Shown: positions 20,360 through 30,127 of the stretch, one piece after another | Numbering within the stretch: the first letter of the stretch is position 1 | Layout: each line of letters begins with the position of its first letter | Virus record (IMG/VR): IMGVR_UViG_3300006802_000076 | Coordinates: 30,498-94,497 of that record | Length of the DNA stretch: 64,000 nucleotides | From: a virus | Reading direction: 5' to 3' (one strand) | Made by a program: the position numbers and the translations under genes | Notes under the pieces: model-generated | Told to the model about the DNA's origin: nothing | The model's database searches: none | The model's input: only the letters and a program-made list of their open reading frames with translations

Positions 20360-22008
20360 TGGCTCAAAGAAGATCACTTAACACTGGTATGTCTGAGACT
20401 GCTGTGTTCTTTTATGACTCCGGAGGCCATAGTCATGATGGTCAAGATTCAAGTTTAATAGATGTCAATAAGTATTCTATTTTTGACTTTGGTGTTAACA
20501 CTATTTATACTACTAATGATAGAGCGATTAATCAAGATAAAAATATTCGCGCCTTAAAGAATTTTATTGTGAACACTGTTAATAATAATGTTTTAGCTCC
20601 TGCGGGTATAACTTTAGGAGAGAATGTTATTAATGGATACAATATTATTGCTAGATCTATTAGATCTGAAAATATTGGTGCTAACCAAATTACATCTAAT
20701 GAAATATTGGCAGGCACTATTACAACTTTAGAGCTTGCAACAGATTCAATTAAAAGCCTTAATTACTCTAATCCTTTATCTAATATTTATTCGGATTCTG
20801 GAACTTTTTTTGATCTTGCTAACGGTGATATTTTTTCTGAAAACTTCTCCTTGGTTTCTGGATCATTGAGGCTTAGAGGAAATCTGTACGGGAATAAAAC
20901 TGGCTACTCCGATACCACAAATGGTTATTTTCTTGGTGAAGATGGTGGAAATTACAAACTAAATATTGGTAATAGTAGTACTAATATTAAATGGGATGGA
21001 TCTAGCTTAACCACCCAAGGGGCTACTATAACTGGCGGTGTGATCCAAACATCAACAAGCGGCGAAAGAGTTGTTATATCAAATAATAGAATTAGTTTAT
21101 ATGCTCCATCTAGTGCAGGTAATACTGCTGCAATTTATTTTGATCCTCCTACAAATTTATACAATGGGGTCATTCAGAGCACCGGGTCTATACTTATTTC
21201 TACAGCGGCTGGTAATTTTCAGATTGGATACCATAGTGGTGTTTATAGTGGTGTTTACTCAAATATGGGATATGAATCAGATAATATTTTTGAAGGAACT
21301 CTTAATGCTACTCTTGATTCAACTCATTTTAGTGACAACTGGAATCAGGTTCAATTTATTGCTCAAAATATAAGTTCCGATGGTGCTGCTATAGCATTAA
21401 GGGGTGGAAATGATACTGGGACGGTGCAGTTGAGAGTCAATTATAACTCTCAACTTCTTCGTGTAAGAAATTACAACAATACAGCATGGGTTAATGTTCA
21501 AGCTTACGATGGTATATTTAATGAAGTGTTTTTATCTGGGCAAGGGATTAAATATAATGGCTTACTTAACAAGCCAGCAGGAGCAACAGCAAACTATACT
21601 GGTTTCACATGGGACTCTCCTAATATGTATGGTCTTATTGATAACGGAGCCGCCACTTTTGTTGTTGGAACTAGTTCAGATAGGCGAGTGAAAACAAATA
21701 TTTTACCATTTGAAAATGGTTTAGATGTTATAAATAGTTTTAATACAGTTTCTTTTAACCCAATTCAAAACATTTCTTTTGAAGGCGGCATTGTTTCTGT
21801 TCCGGATGACGAATACCAGATCTTAGGAGAGAGTAGAGTTGGTCTTATTGCTGATGAGGTGAAATCTATAACACCTTGGCTTGTAATTGGCGATGCTAAT
21901 GAATCTCAGATTCAATCTGTAGACTATTCTGGTATAACTCCATTATTAATAAGGGCAGTTCAGGAGTTGAGTGAAAGAATAGAAGCATTAGAGGCTCAGT
22001 TGCCGTAG
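20359..22008 (+). CDS. Tail fibre/spike with C-terminal intramolecular chaperone (peptidase S74)
   Basis: 'SSDRRVKTNI...GLIADEV...VDYSGITPLLIRAVQEL' plus terminal coiled coil. Confidence 0.85.
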   Translation: MAQRRSLNTGMSETAVFFYDSGGHSHDGQDSSLIDVNKYSIFDFGVNTIYTTNDRAINQDKNIRALKNFIVNTVNNNVLAPAGITLGENVINGYNIIARSIRSENIGANQITSNEILAGTITTLELATDSIKSLNYSNPLSNIYSDSGTFFDLANGDIFSENFSLVSGSLRLRGNLYGNKTGYSDTTNGYFLGEDGGNYKLNIGNSSTNIKWDGSSLTTQGATITGGVIQTSTSGERVVISNNRISLYAPSSAGNTAAIYFDPPTNLYNGVIQSTGSILISTAAGNFQIGYHSGVYSGVYSNMGYESDNIFEGTLNATLDSTHFSDNWNQVQFIAQNISSDGAAIALRGGNDTGTVQLRVNYNSQLLRVRNYNNTAWVNVQAYDGIFNEVFLSGQGIKYNGLLNKPAGATANYTGFTWDSPNMYGLIDNGAATFVVGTSSDRRVKTNILPFENGLDVINSFNTVSFNPIQNISFEGGIVSVPDDEYQILGESRVGLIADEVKSITPWLVIGDANESQIQSVDYSGITPLLIRAVQELSERIEALEAQLP

Positions 22009-22044
22009 GCTTCTAACTGTTTTTGATGTATAATAGAGGTTACT

Positions 22045-22689
22045 ATGGCTTATGAAAATTATCGTTTTGTTAGCTGGGCTGCTAAAACACCTTTGACTGG
22101 TGATCGCCTAGCCCAAATGTCAACGAATATAGAGCAGGTCAAACTTGCTACGGATGATAGACCACAAGGTGTTATTAAATATATATCTAATACTGATATA
22201 GGCAGTTCGTTTAGCGATTTTACAGAGCATCAGCTTGCAGTTCTTGATTATTCAGGTCTTACTGATTACAGAATCAGCGCAGATGGTAATCGTTTTGTTA
22301 GGCTTACTGTTTCTTTTCCTGGTGTAAAAGTGGCAGCAAGAGGTGCTGAAGATTGTAGATACGAGTTAAAGATTAAGCAAGGAGATGTGTCACCTTCCAT
22401 ACTTGGTACGTTTTATCTTAACTCGCATCTTTTTTCTTTTTACGATGTTTCAGCTAACGCATCTACAACTACTATAGACGTTAGAAGTATTGCGTATCCG
22501 GTGTACTTCGGTGCTGGAGTGTACTCCATCATAGCGACGACATCGGGTGGCGGGTGGTCAAACGAGACTTTTTCTGTGTCGATCGAAAGAAAGCAAAACG
22601 CGAATACAAACAACGCTCCAAGTTATACTATTATGAGTTCGACAACCGCACCTGTTGAGCTGTACGCAGAGGATGTTGGCGGTTTCTGA
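22045..22689 (+). CDS. Putative minor tail protein
   Basis: 'VSWAAKTPLTGDRLAQM' N-terminus and 'ELYAEDVG' C-terminus typical of actinophage tail proteins. Confidence 0.55.
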   Translation: MAYENYRFVSWAAKTPLTGDRLAQMSTNIEQVKLATDDRPQGVIKYISNTDIGSSFSDFTEHQLAVLDYSGLTDYRISADGNRFVRLTVSFPGVKVAARGAEDCRYELKIKQGDVSPSILGTFYLNSHLFSFYDVSANASTTTIDVRSIAYPVYFGAGVYSIIATTSGGGWSNETFSVSIERKQNANTNNAPSYTIMSSTTAPVELYAEDVGGF

Positions 22690-23132
22690 TGGCCTCTAGA
22701 GGCCTAGCTTCTCAACGGAAAGATGTTGATTGGAAAGAGATTGCTGTTGTAGGGGAACTTAATCCAAATTATAGCGGTGGTAAGTATATTGATGATAAAG
22801 GGTATGTGCGTATACTTATGCCTAATCATCCTAAAAATATTAAAGGATATGTTTATGAGCATCGTCTTGTGATTGAAGCATATCTAGATAGATTTTTAAA
22901 CCCTTGGGAGTCTGTTCATCATATAAACGAAGTAAAATCCGATAATCGTGTTGAGAACTTATATCTTTGTACATCTAAAGAGCATAGCGCAATACACAGA
23001 GAAGGTAGTCGCCCTACTGAAGCGCACCGTAAAATTTTGCGAGACAATATGACGGAGAGAAACCGGGCGATCAAAAAAAATCCGAAAAAGAAGCCCCTTT
23101 TGCCTCCGAAATACCCTAGACTGGCCCCCTGA
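22689..23132 (+). CDS. HNH endonuclease
   Basis: 'GYVYEHRLV...VHHINEVKSDNRVENL...H'. Confidence 0.9.
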   Translation: MASRGLASQRKDVDWKEIAVVGELNPNYSGGKYIDDKGYVRILMPNHPKNIKGYVYEHRLVIEAYLDRFLNPWESVHHINEVKSDNRVENLYLCTSKEHSAIHREGSRPTEAHRKILRDNMTERNRAIKKNPKKKPLLPPKYPRLAP

Positions 23133-23159
23133 CCGGATAGAAAGTGCTAAAATTTCCCT

Positions 23160-24329
23160 ATGAAGATTTGCCAAGGGCAAGGTTGCTCTTTAGAATTTGA
23201 GCCGAATAGCCCCAATCAAAAGTACGCTTTCCCTACTTGTAGAAAGTCAATCGACTCGTTGGGGGTGTGTAAATACAGAAAAGAAAATGGACTAGTTGAG
23301 ATGCCTGAAGATGTTTTGTCGGGGGATATCCCAGAGTCCGACTCGGAGCTGCGTATCGCATACTCTAAGCTTTTACAAGAGTACGACAAGGTAAAGTCTA
23401 AGAAGGATGATCTTGTGGATGCAGTTTACAGGGCTGTTCTTGATTCAACAGCCACCTCGCAACTTGACAAGGTAAAAGCTCCACCTTACGTGTCTAGCAA
23501 GACCTCTAGTGATGAGGTTGCTGTTGCTGTTATTGCTGACTGGCAGTTAGCTAAAGTCACACCAGATTATAATTCACAAGTTTGTGAAGATCGTATTGAG
23601 CAGTATGCTCAGAAGATTGTGGATCTCACTAACATTCAGAGAGCAGACCATCCTGTTAATACTATTCATGTATGGGCGCTGGGTGATATTGTTGAGGGAG
23701 AGTTAATTTTTCCAGGTCAATCGTTTTTGATTGATGGTGGCCTTTATCGACAAGTCACTGTTGATGGTCCTCGCATTTTGAAGAACTTCCTAACTAAGTT
23801 GCTTGAAAACTTTGACAAAGTTCATTTTACCGGTGTGATTGGTAATCATGGTGCCCTTGGTGGGCGTAGCCGTAGGGACCATGATCCTGAGACTAACGCG
23901 GATAGAATGTTGTATCGTATTGTACAATGGATGTTTGAGAATGAAAAAAGGATCACTTTCGATATCCCAGATGGTCGTGGCGAAAAGCATTGGTTTGCTG
24001 TTCCAAAGATTGGAAACTATAAGAGCCTTCTTTGTCACGGCGACCAGTTTGGGGGTCTTTCCTCCTTCTTTTCTTTCCAGAAGAAAGTTTATGGATGGAA
24101 GATTGGAGCTTTAGGTGAGGATTTTGATGATGTTTATATTGGGCACTGGCATACTCCAACTAAAATGACTTTCAATACGATTCAAGTTAGAGTGTCGGGT
24201 AGTCCTGAGTCTACAAACACATATGCTATGGAGAGTTTGGCGGCTGTTGGTCGCCCTTCGCAGCCTTTGATGTTTGTTCACCCCGAAAAGGGGATAGTCA
24301 CAGCTGAATACAACTGTTGGCTTGATTAA
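23160..24329 (+). CDS. Calcineurin-like metallophosphoesterase with N-terminal Zn finger
   Basis: D-W-Q, GDIVEG, GNHG, HGD, GHWH motifs. Confidence 0.8.
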   Translation: MKICQGQGCSLEFEPNSPNQKYAFPTCRKSIDSLGVCKYRKENGLVEMPEDVLSGDIPESDSELRIAYSKLLQEYDKVKSKKDDLVDAVYRAVLDSTATSQLDKVKAPPYVSSKTSSDEVAVAVIADWQLAKVTPDYNSQVCEDRIEQYAQKIVDLTNIQRADHPVNTIHVWALGDIVEGELIFPGQSFLIDGGLYRQVTVDGPRILKNFLTKLLENFDKVHFTGVIGNHGALGGRSRRDHDPETNADRMLYRIVQWMFENEKRITFDIPDGRGEKHWFAVPKIGNYKSLLCHGDQFGGLSSFFSFQKKVYGWKIGALGEDFDDVYIGHWHTPTKMTFNTIQVRVSGSPESTNTYAMESLAAVGRPSQPLMFVHPEKGIVTAEYNCWLD

Positions 24330-24339
24330 GGAGGATATA

Positions 24340-24537
24340 ATGAAAACTATTTATAAAGATCTGATTGAGAGAGTTGCTTGGACAGCCGTTCAGGCGTTTC
24401 TAGCGGCTTTCACTATTGGTGGAGTTGATAATACAAAGGCCGCAGCAATTGCGGCCGTTGCTGCGGCGTTAAGTGTTATTAAAGGGTTTGCAGCTACTAG
24501 GATTGGTAATCCGAACTCAGCAGCCACTATTCGGTGA
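24340..24537 (+). CDS. Holin (r1t-like)
   Basis: 'ERVAWTAVQAFLA' plus two TM segments. Confidence 0.75.
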   Translation: MKTIYKDLIERVAWTAVQAFLAAFTIGGVDNTKAAAIAAVAAALSVIKGFAATRIGNPNSAATIR

Positions 24538-24585
24538 TTTATAATTGCTTAACATCCTCACATTTTGTTGTGATATTATATAATT

Positions 24586-24786
24586 ATGAAAATTAAATCA
24601 AAGATTAATTTAAAGTGCTCAAGATGTGGGGGTGTTAAGTATATCGATGACCCATATAATTTGTCTTCAACATGGTTTGCTGATATCTCATGCCTTACTT
24701 GCGGGGATATTAGAAGTATCGAAGTGGATAAGTTGAAGATATTACTTAGTAAGCTTGAAGGAGCCAAGCCTATTGCTGACAGATAA
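24586..24786 (+). CDS. Zn-ribbon protein
   Basis: CSRCGG...CLTCG. Confidence 0.65.
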   Translation: MKIKSKINLKCSRCGGVKYIDDPYNLSSTWFADISCLTCGDIRSIEVDKLKILLSKLEGAKPIADR

Positions 24787-25231
24787 GGTCATTGTTAAAA
24801 AAATATATTTGTATTCTGGTGTTTTGCATAAAGTTAAAAGAGTTAATAAAACAAGAAAGCTTGTTACTCTTCAAGATTTGCAAACAAATGATTTGATCGG
24901 AATTCCGCTTGGCGGCGCAGAAATTCTGCTTTCAAGGGTGTATTCGATCGGTGAAGTCGCTAGAATAGTTGAGCGCAAGACTGATACAATCAGGAAGTAC
25001 GAAAGGGGTGGTCTAATACCAAAGCCTTTTTGTGTTGGGGATGACTATCCAGCATTCAAAGGGTGGAGGTTTTATACAACAGATGATGTTTATGAGATGG
25101 TCGAATTCTTTGCAAATAGAACACCTGGAAGACCAACTAAGCCAATCCCAATTGTTGATGTAAAGATAAACAATTTAAACGAAAAAATTAAATTTATTAA
25201 TAGGAGTTTTAATGTCGATGCAAGAACATGA
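24773..25231 (+). CDS. MerR-like helix-turn-helix DNA-binding protein
   Basis: 'YSIGEVARIVERKTDTIRKYERGGLIP...WRFYT'. Confidence 0.8.
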   Translation: MLTDKVIVKKIYLYSGVLHKVKRVNKTRKLVTLQDLQTNDLIGIPLGGAEILLSRVYSIGEVARIVERKTDTIRKYERGGLIPKPFCVGDDYPAFKGWRFYTTDDVYEMVEFFANRTPGRPTKPIPIVDVKINNLNEKIKFINRSFNVDART

Positions 25232-25418
25232 TGTTGAAATATGGGCATCTATTGGTGTTACTAAGAATCTTGGTAATTATGAATCTTTGCGGCTGGATGC
25301 TGGTGCTAGAGTGAAGGCGTCGTCTGCGGATGACGATAGCGCTTGGCAAGCTTTGTGGAATGCTGTTGATGAACAGATTGAAGCAAAGCTTCAGGAGCTA
25401 GATGGTGACAAGTCCTGA
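25212..25418 (+). CDS. Conserved phage hypothetical protein
   Basis: 'GVTKNLGNYESLRLD' motif recalled from large actinophages. Confidence 0.6.
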   Translation: MSMQEHDVEIWASIGVTKNLGNYESLRLDAGARVKASSADDDSAWQALWNAVDEQIEAKLQELDGDKS

Positions 25419-25707
25419 AGATTGGCATAGAAGTGCTCTATGTAAAAAAGACGATTTTCCGTCCTTCTGGCTTTCTAGTGAAATCGATAAGGTAAGGTAT
25501 GCACAGGCTGTTTGCCAAAAATGTACTGTTAGAGTTGAATGCTTTTTATCTGCCATACATGAGCGATATGAGTTTATTGGTGTCAATGGTGGAGTGAGTG
25601 AAATTGAATTTCTTATTCGTACATGGGAGGAGGTAGAGGATGCAGAACAATCTAACTGGAGAGGGTCTGATTTCCTTATTCAAGAATTGCTCAGAGAAAT
25701 CGCATAA
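25402..25707 (+). CDS. whiB: WhiB family transcription factor
   Basis: 'WHRSALC...AVCQKCTVRVECF...GVNGG'. Confidence 0.8.
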   Translation: MVTSPEDWHRSALCKKDDFPSFWLSSEIDKVRYAQAVCQKCTVRVECFLSAIHERYEFIGVNGGVSEIEFLIRTWEEVEDAEQSNWRGSDFLIQELLREIA

Positions 25708-25951
25708 GCTTTTTGTGCCGGATTCGCCACGTCAGGATGATATTGCTGAAAGTTTAGCAAAGCATTATGATTCTGATTTACTTGTTAAGGCTGTAGAGTG
25801 GTACGTTGAAAACCGCCCAGGCCCTTTTCTGATTTTTGATTTTGCAATTGAGTCAAGGGAGATGGTTGAAAGAGTCAAGCACGAAAGCGAAGCTAAGGCT
25901 AAGTTTAAAGATATTGTAGAACAAACACGTCAGAGAATGGAAAATTCTTGA
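25640..25951 (+). CDS. Hypothetical protein (possible helicase partner)
   Basis: Overlaps dnaB start. Confidence 0.55.
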   Translation: MQNNLTGEGLISLFKNCSEKSHKLFVPDSPRQDDIAESLAKHYDSDLLVKAVEWYVENRPGPFLIFDFAIESREMVERVKHESEAKAKFKDIVEQTRQRMENS

Positions 25952-27168
25952 ACTACGAAATTAAACTTCTTAATTCCATTATTGACACGGGTGACTATGT
26001 GGAAGCCGTCAATGGAGGGGTAGAGAATGTATTCATCGAATACAGGGATATCTGGAACTTCATTGTTAACCACTACGATCAACACTCTAAAGTTCCCTCA
26101 AAGGAGACTGTTAAGGGGCATTTTACTGATTTTGATTTTTTTAATACGCCAGAGCCTCTTAATTACTACGTTGATCAGGCTCGTAAGGAGTCTCTAGCCT
26201 TTCAGACTAGACAGATTGTAGCTAAGGCGCATTCTATTATTTCTGATTCCGGTCCAAAGGATGCGTTAGCGTATCTGATGGAGAATACTAGTAAGCTTTA
26301 TAAGTATTCTTCATCTCTTAAAGATACAGATCTAGTTAGTGAATGGCGTGATCGCTTCTTGGATTTGAAAGAGCGGTCTGAGAATCCTAATAAGCATTAT
26401 ATTGGTATCCCTAGCGGTATTGATGTTATTGATAAGACGTTTGGTGGCTGGCAAGCTGGCGACTTTATTGTTCTTCTTGGGTGGACTGGTGTTGGTAAGT
26501 CATTTATTGCAAGACTGTTTGCAGTTAATGCATGGCGTGCTGGCTACCGTCCTATGATTATCTCTCTTGAGATGAATAAGAAGCAGGAAGGTCAGCGACT
26601 TGATACCTTACTTAACAATGGTGAAGGGTATTTTACAAATACGGATTTAATTAAAGCTAATCCAAACATTGTTGATACTTATGAAAAGTGGGGCGAGAAC
26701 ATGTTTAAGGACAAGCCGCCCATTTATCTGATCACATCAGAGGGGCTTGAAACTGCCGATCAAAATATGGTGCAGGCTAAGATTGACCAGTATCAACCTG
26801 ATATGGTTATCTTGGACTATCATGGACTCTTTGACGATTCATCAGGCGCAAAGAATGAGACAGAGAAGGCTAAGAATCTGTCTAAGGCGTTTAAGAGGAT
26901 CGCTGTGAAGAACAATGTTCCTATTATTGATGTCGCAGCGGTTACCATGTCTGATGGGCATGGTGATAGACCACCTGAGCTTGAAGAGGTTGCTTGGTCG
27001 AAGCAGTTGGCTTATGATGCTGATCTTGTTTTAGCTATTCATCGTGAGTTTAACTCCGATCAATTTCAGGTAGTGTCTAGAAAAGTTAGACGGGCAACAC
27101 ACTTTGGGTTCTATCTACGATGGAATCTTGAAACTGGAGAATGGAGAGAAGAATGGGACGTGGGGTGA
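25948..27168 (+). CDS. dnaB: DnaB-like replicative helicase
   Basis: Walker A GWTGVGKS, 'ISLEM', 'ILDY', 'AYDADLVL'. Confidence 0.93.
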   Translation: MNYEIKLLNSIIDTGDYVEAVNGGVENVFIEYRDIWNFIVNHYDQHSKVPSKETVKGHFTDFDFFNTPEPLNYYVDQARKESLAFQTRQIVAKAHSIISDSGPKDALAYLMENTSKLYKYSSSLKDTDLVSEWRDRFLDLKERSENPNKHYIGIPSGIDVIDKTFGGWQAGDFIVLLGWTGVGKSFIARLFAVNAWRAGYRPMIISLEMNKKQEGQRLDTLLNNGEGYFTNTDLIKANPNIVDTYEKWGENMFKDKPPIYLITSEGLETADQNMVQAKIDQYQPDMVILDYHGLFDDSSGAKNETEKAKNLSKAFKRIAVKNNVPIIDVAAVTMSDGHGDRPPELEEVAWSKQLAYDADLVLAIHREFNSDQFQVVSRKVRRATHFGFYLRWNLETGEWREEWDVG

Positions 27169-27347
27169 CTGAGCCTTTCTATGTTTTGGACGGGCAGGCT
27201 AAAGATATTGAAACCATCATCAGACTTAGACCTTGGATGGAAGACGAGGTTCGTATGGAGCATGGTTTTTTCAATAAAACTGGTTTAATCACAGACTACG
27301 ACAAGGCTAAAGAGACTTTTGACTTTAAAATTGAGTTCTTTCGCTAA
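27165..27347 (+). CDS. Small hypothetical protein
   Basis: Coupled between helicase and primase. Confidence 0.55.
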   Translation: MTEPFYVLDGQAKDIETIIRLRPWMEDEVRMEHGFFNKTGLITDYDKAKETFDFKIEFFR

Positions 27348-28251
27348 TATAGAGAAATCAATACTTGACTTACTCAATGATAAGGGTATTGAGATTCATG
27401 CCCAGTCAAGTAACGAGGTGGCAATCTATTGCCCTTTCCACAGGAATGAAAACAGCCCTGCTCTGTATATAAACACTAAAACTGGACTGTGGCAGTGTTT
27501 CAATCCTTCTTGTGGTAAAAAGGGCAACTTTCGACAACTTTATTATCACATTGCTGGTAAAGAGTTCGGTCGTGAGTGGATTCTTGATCCTGTTAATCTT
27601 CAACGAGAGCTTGATAATGCTCTTAAGATTGATGATTACGACGATGAGTTGTCTTTGGATTCCGTGGAGATAGATTACGAGTCTGACGAGGATCGTCTGT
27701 TGCTACAGCCCTTTATTGACAGGGGTTATAGTTATGAGACTCTAATGGCATTTGAAATCGGTTATTCAAAGATTAAAGATAGGATTGTAATCCCTGTTCG
27801 TGATCAGTCTTTTAAACTTGTTGGTTTAATCGGTCGTGCTGTTCATGATTGGCAAGATCCACGCTATCTTTACAATAAAGGGTTTAAGAGAGCCGATGTA
27901 TTATTCAATATACAGAACGCAAAATCTTATGACTCAGTTATAATATGTGAAGGTAGTCTTGACGCTATCAAGATAGCGCAATCCGGTTATAAAAACGTTG
28001 TTGCTACTCTTGGTGCAAAAGTGTCGCCAAATCAGGTAAAGATGATTAAGAAGTTTTTTGATAAAATTATTGTCTTTTCTGATGCGGATGAGGCCGGTGA
28101 CGCGATGAAGCGTGCTATACTGGCGGAGTGTTGTGGCAAAGAGATCTATACGGCTTCCATCCCTGATGGGCTTAAAGATCCCGGCGACATGACTGACAAG
28201 CAAATACAACAAGCTATTGAGCAAAGTACAATTTACATAGGAGATTTTTAA
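27319..28251 (+). CDS. dnaG: DNA primase (CHC2 zinc finger + TOPRIM)
   Basis: CPFH...WQCF; 'ICEGSLDA'; 'DADEAG'; 'KDPGDM'. Confidence 0.93.
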   Translation: MTLKLSSFANIEKSILDLLNDKGIEIHAQSSNEVAIYCPFHRNENSPALYINTKTGLWQCFNPSCGKKGNFRQLYYHIAGKEFGREWILDPVNLQRELDNALKIDDYDDELSLDSVEIDYESDEDRLLLQPFIDRGYSYETLMAFEIGYSKIKDRIVIPVRDQSFKLVGLIGRAVHDWQDPRYLYNKGFKRADVLFNIQNAKSYDSVIICEGSLDAIKIAQSGYKNVVATLGAKVSPNQVKMIKKFFDKIIVFSDADEAGDAMKRAILAECCGKEIYTASIPDGLKDPGDMTDKQIQQAIEQSTIYIGDF

Positions 28252-28253
28252 TA

Positions 28254-28892
28254 ATGTTTCAAACACTTAAGACACTGCAAGATATTGAAAAGAGCATCCC
28301 AAAGGTTGGCGGAGAGGGCGGAGGTAAGAAGTTCTTCAACCTCAAGTCAGGTGAAACTTACAAGATTCGCTTCCGTCAGGAATTGACTGAGGATTCAAAG
28401 AACTTTAATGAAGAAGATGGCACCGGTATTATTGTCCCGGTTGTGACTTCCCCTATTAACTGGAAGTGGCGTTGCGCATCGACAGCGCAGATGCCTGAGC
28501 ATTCATATCGTTGCTGGGCGTCAGAGCAGATTGTTCAGGACGGTCGTTGGCGACCAAAGCCACACCTTCTGATTAACATCGCTGTGGAAATGGACGGTGT
28601 CTGGGAGGCGCGAGTCCTTGATACAACTTTCAATCAACGCCATATTGGGATTATGCTTACTGAGTATGCTAAGGAGTTTGGTACGATTACCAATCAGGTA
28701 TTTAAGTACAGCAGAACTGGATCTGGCGCTCAGGATACGAATTACAGTTTGATCCCTCTTGGGCCATCTGATCCTGACCCTGCCATTGCATCGCTGCCTA
28801 TGCACGATTTGGGTAATGTGTATATGGTCCTTGGTTACGATAAGCAGAAGTCATTCCTCACCACTGGTGAGCTTAATAACGATAGCTGGTAA
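28254..28892 (+). CDS. Single-stranded DNA-binding protein (gp32-like)
   Basis: 'FFNLKSGE..KIRF', 'SRTGSGAQDTNYSLIP'; follows primase. Confidence 0.7.
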   Translation: MFQTLKTLQDIEKSIPKVGGEGGGKKFFNLKSGETYKIRFRQELTEDSKNFNEEDGTGIIVPVVTSPINWKWRCASTAQMPEHSYRCWASEQIVQDGRWRPKPHLLINIAVEMDGVWEARVLDTTFNQRHIGIMLTEYAKEFGTITNQVFKYSRTGSGAQDTNYSLIPLGPSDPDPAIASLPMHDLGNVYMVLGYDKQKSFLTTGELNNDSW

Positions 28893-28979
28893 TATCACTA
28901 TGTAGTGTTGTGGGCGGTGTGTTTTGCATTATTCACTTTGCCGCACTGCGGACGCCCACAGCATTCGTTAGGAGTTCGT

Positions 28980-29534
28980 GTGATTGAAAACATTGAAGAA
29001 CTAATTTCTGATCTTAGAGCTATGGCCGACATAATAAATGAATCAGAGGGTAGGGCTTCTGTTGTGATGTTGAGTGGCGACCTTTTTGAAGAGGCTGCTG
29101 ATGTCATTGAAACCACACATGAACGTCTTCATAATGCTCTTAGTTATTTGAATGATTTGGTGTATGAGTATTACAGAAACACGTCGGTGGATGACGGATA
29201 TAAGCGTCCACCATCTATTGACTCTTCACTTATTCAAAAACAAAAAGACTGGTCTTCTTCGACTTTTGGGCCGGGCCGCAGAACTGAGGGTATCCTAGAT
29301 CACATCAGGAAAGAGCTTGATGAGATTCAGGCTAAACCTGATGATATTGTTGAATGGGTTGATGTAATTCTTCTTGCAATTGATGGGGCTTGGCGACATG
29401 GTGGTCAGCCGCAAGAAATTATCAATCTGGTTCGTGAAAAGCAGTTTTTAAACAGAACAAGAGCATGGCCTGACTGGAAATATTTTGGTGAAAATGAAGC
29501 CATTACTCACATTGAGATCAAAAATGAACAATGA
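28980..29534 (+). CDS. DUF550-type dATP/dGTP pyrophosphohydrolase domain protein
   Basis: 'WSSSTFGP...LDHIRKELDE...EWVDVILLAIDGAWR...K...N..RAWPDW'. Confidence 0.75.
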   Translation: MIENIEELISDLRAMADIINESEGRASVVMLSGDLFEEAADVIETTHERLHNALSYLNDLVYEYYRNTSVDDGYKRPPSIDSSLIQKQKDWSSSTFGPGRRTEGILDHIRKELDEIQAKPDDIVEWVDVILLAIDGAWRHGGQPQEIINLVREKQFLNRTRAWPDWKYFGENEAITHIEIKNEQ

Positions 29535-29635
29535 AACTAGAGTACGGTATTGTTTTTGTTTTGATTTTAATTTTACGATCTCTACTTCGTAGGTTATTTA
29601 TCCGCAGTCGCAATACAAAAAAGTATTTTTTTTAA
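29531..29635 (+). CDS. Small membrane peptide (34 aa)
   Basis: ATGA overlap with upstream stop; hydrophobic stretch then basic tail. Confidence 0.4.
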   Translation: MKLEYGIVFVLILILRSLLRRLFIRSRNTKKYFF

Positions 29636-29644
29636 GTGAGTGCA

Positions 29645-29746
29645 ATGCTTATTCTAAAAATCATAGCAATTTGGACTATCATTTCTATTCCTGTTAGTCT
29701 TTTTCTTGGCAAATTCCTGTCTAACATTGGTGACGGGGAGTCCTGA
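29645..29746 (+). CDS. Small membrane peptide (33 aa)
   Basis: MLILKIIAIWTIISIPVSLFLGKFL. Confidence 0.45.
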   Translation: MLILKIIAIWTIISIPVSLFLGKFLSNIGDGES

Positions 29747-29755
29747 TTTTGCTCT

Positions 29756-29827
29756 ACCTCTCTAGCTCAATGGTAGAGCAGCGGGCTTTTAACCCGTTGG
29801 TTGTGGGTTCGAATCCCACGGGGGGTA
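29756..29827 (+). tRNA. tRNA-Lys(TTT)
   Basis: Cloverleaf; anticodon arm GCGGG-CTTTTAA-CCCGT; GTTCGAATC T-loop. Confidence 0.92.
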
Positions 29828-29830
29828 CTT

Positions 29831-30127
29831 ATGGATATTGTAGAACAACTTAGAAAATACGAGTGCATGTGTACGAATGAACAGTGTTGTTCCTGTGCGG
29901 CTGCCGACGAGATCGAACGTCTGCGTAAGCTAGTTGAAGAATTCCTTCCTTATGCGCTTAGAGAAGCGGAGCAGGGTGTTCTTATTGGTCCTCCACCTGA
30001 AGGTGATGAGTTCTGCCAGCAGTGTGATCATGTTTGCTCCGATTGTGAACGGTATAATAGTAGTCTTGATTTCCTTGAAAAGTTTCGTTCAGGACAGTTT
30101 AACTTGGATAATAAGGAGAATTCATGA
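29831..30127 (+). CDS. Cys-rich hypothetical protein
   Basis: 'DIVEQLR...AADEIERLR' phage motif. Confidence 0.6.
   Translation: MDIVEQLRKYECMCTNEQCCSCAAADEIERLRKLVEEFLPYALREAEQGVLIGPPPEGDEFCQQCDHVCSDCERYNSSLDFLEKFRSGQFNLDNKENS

Noticed and set aside
15125-22689. Diversity-generating retroelement acting on tail genes
   Set aside because: No reverse transcriptase and no template/variable repeat pair differing at adenines seen in the window
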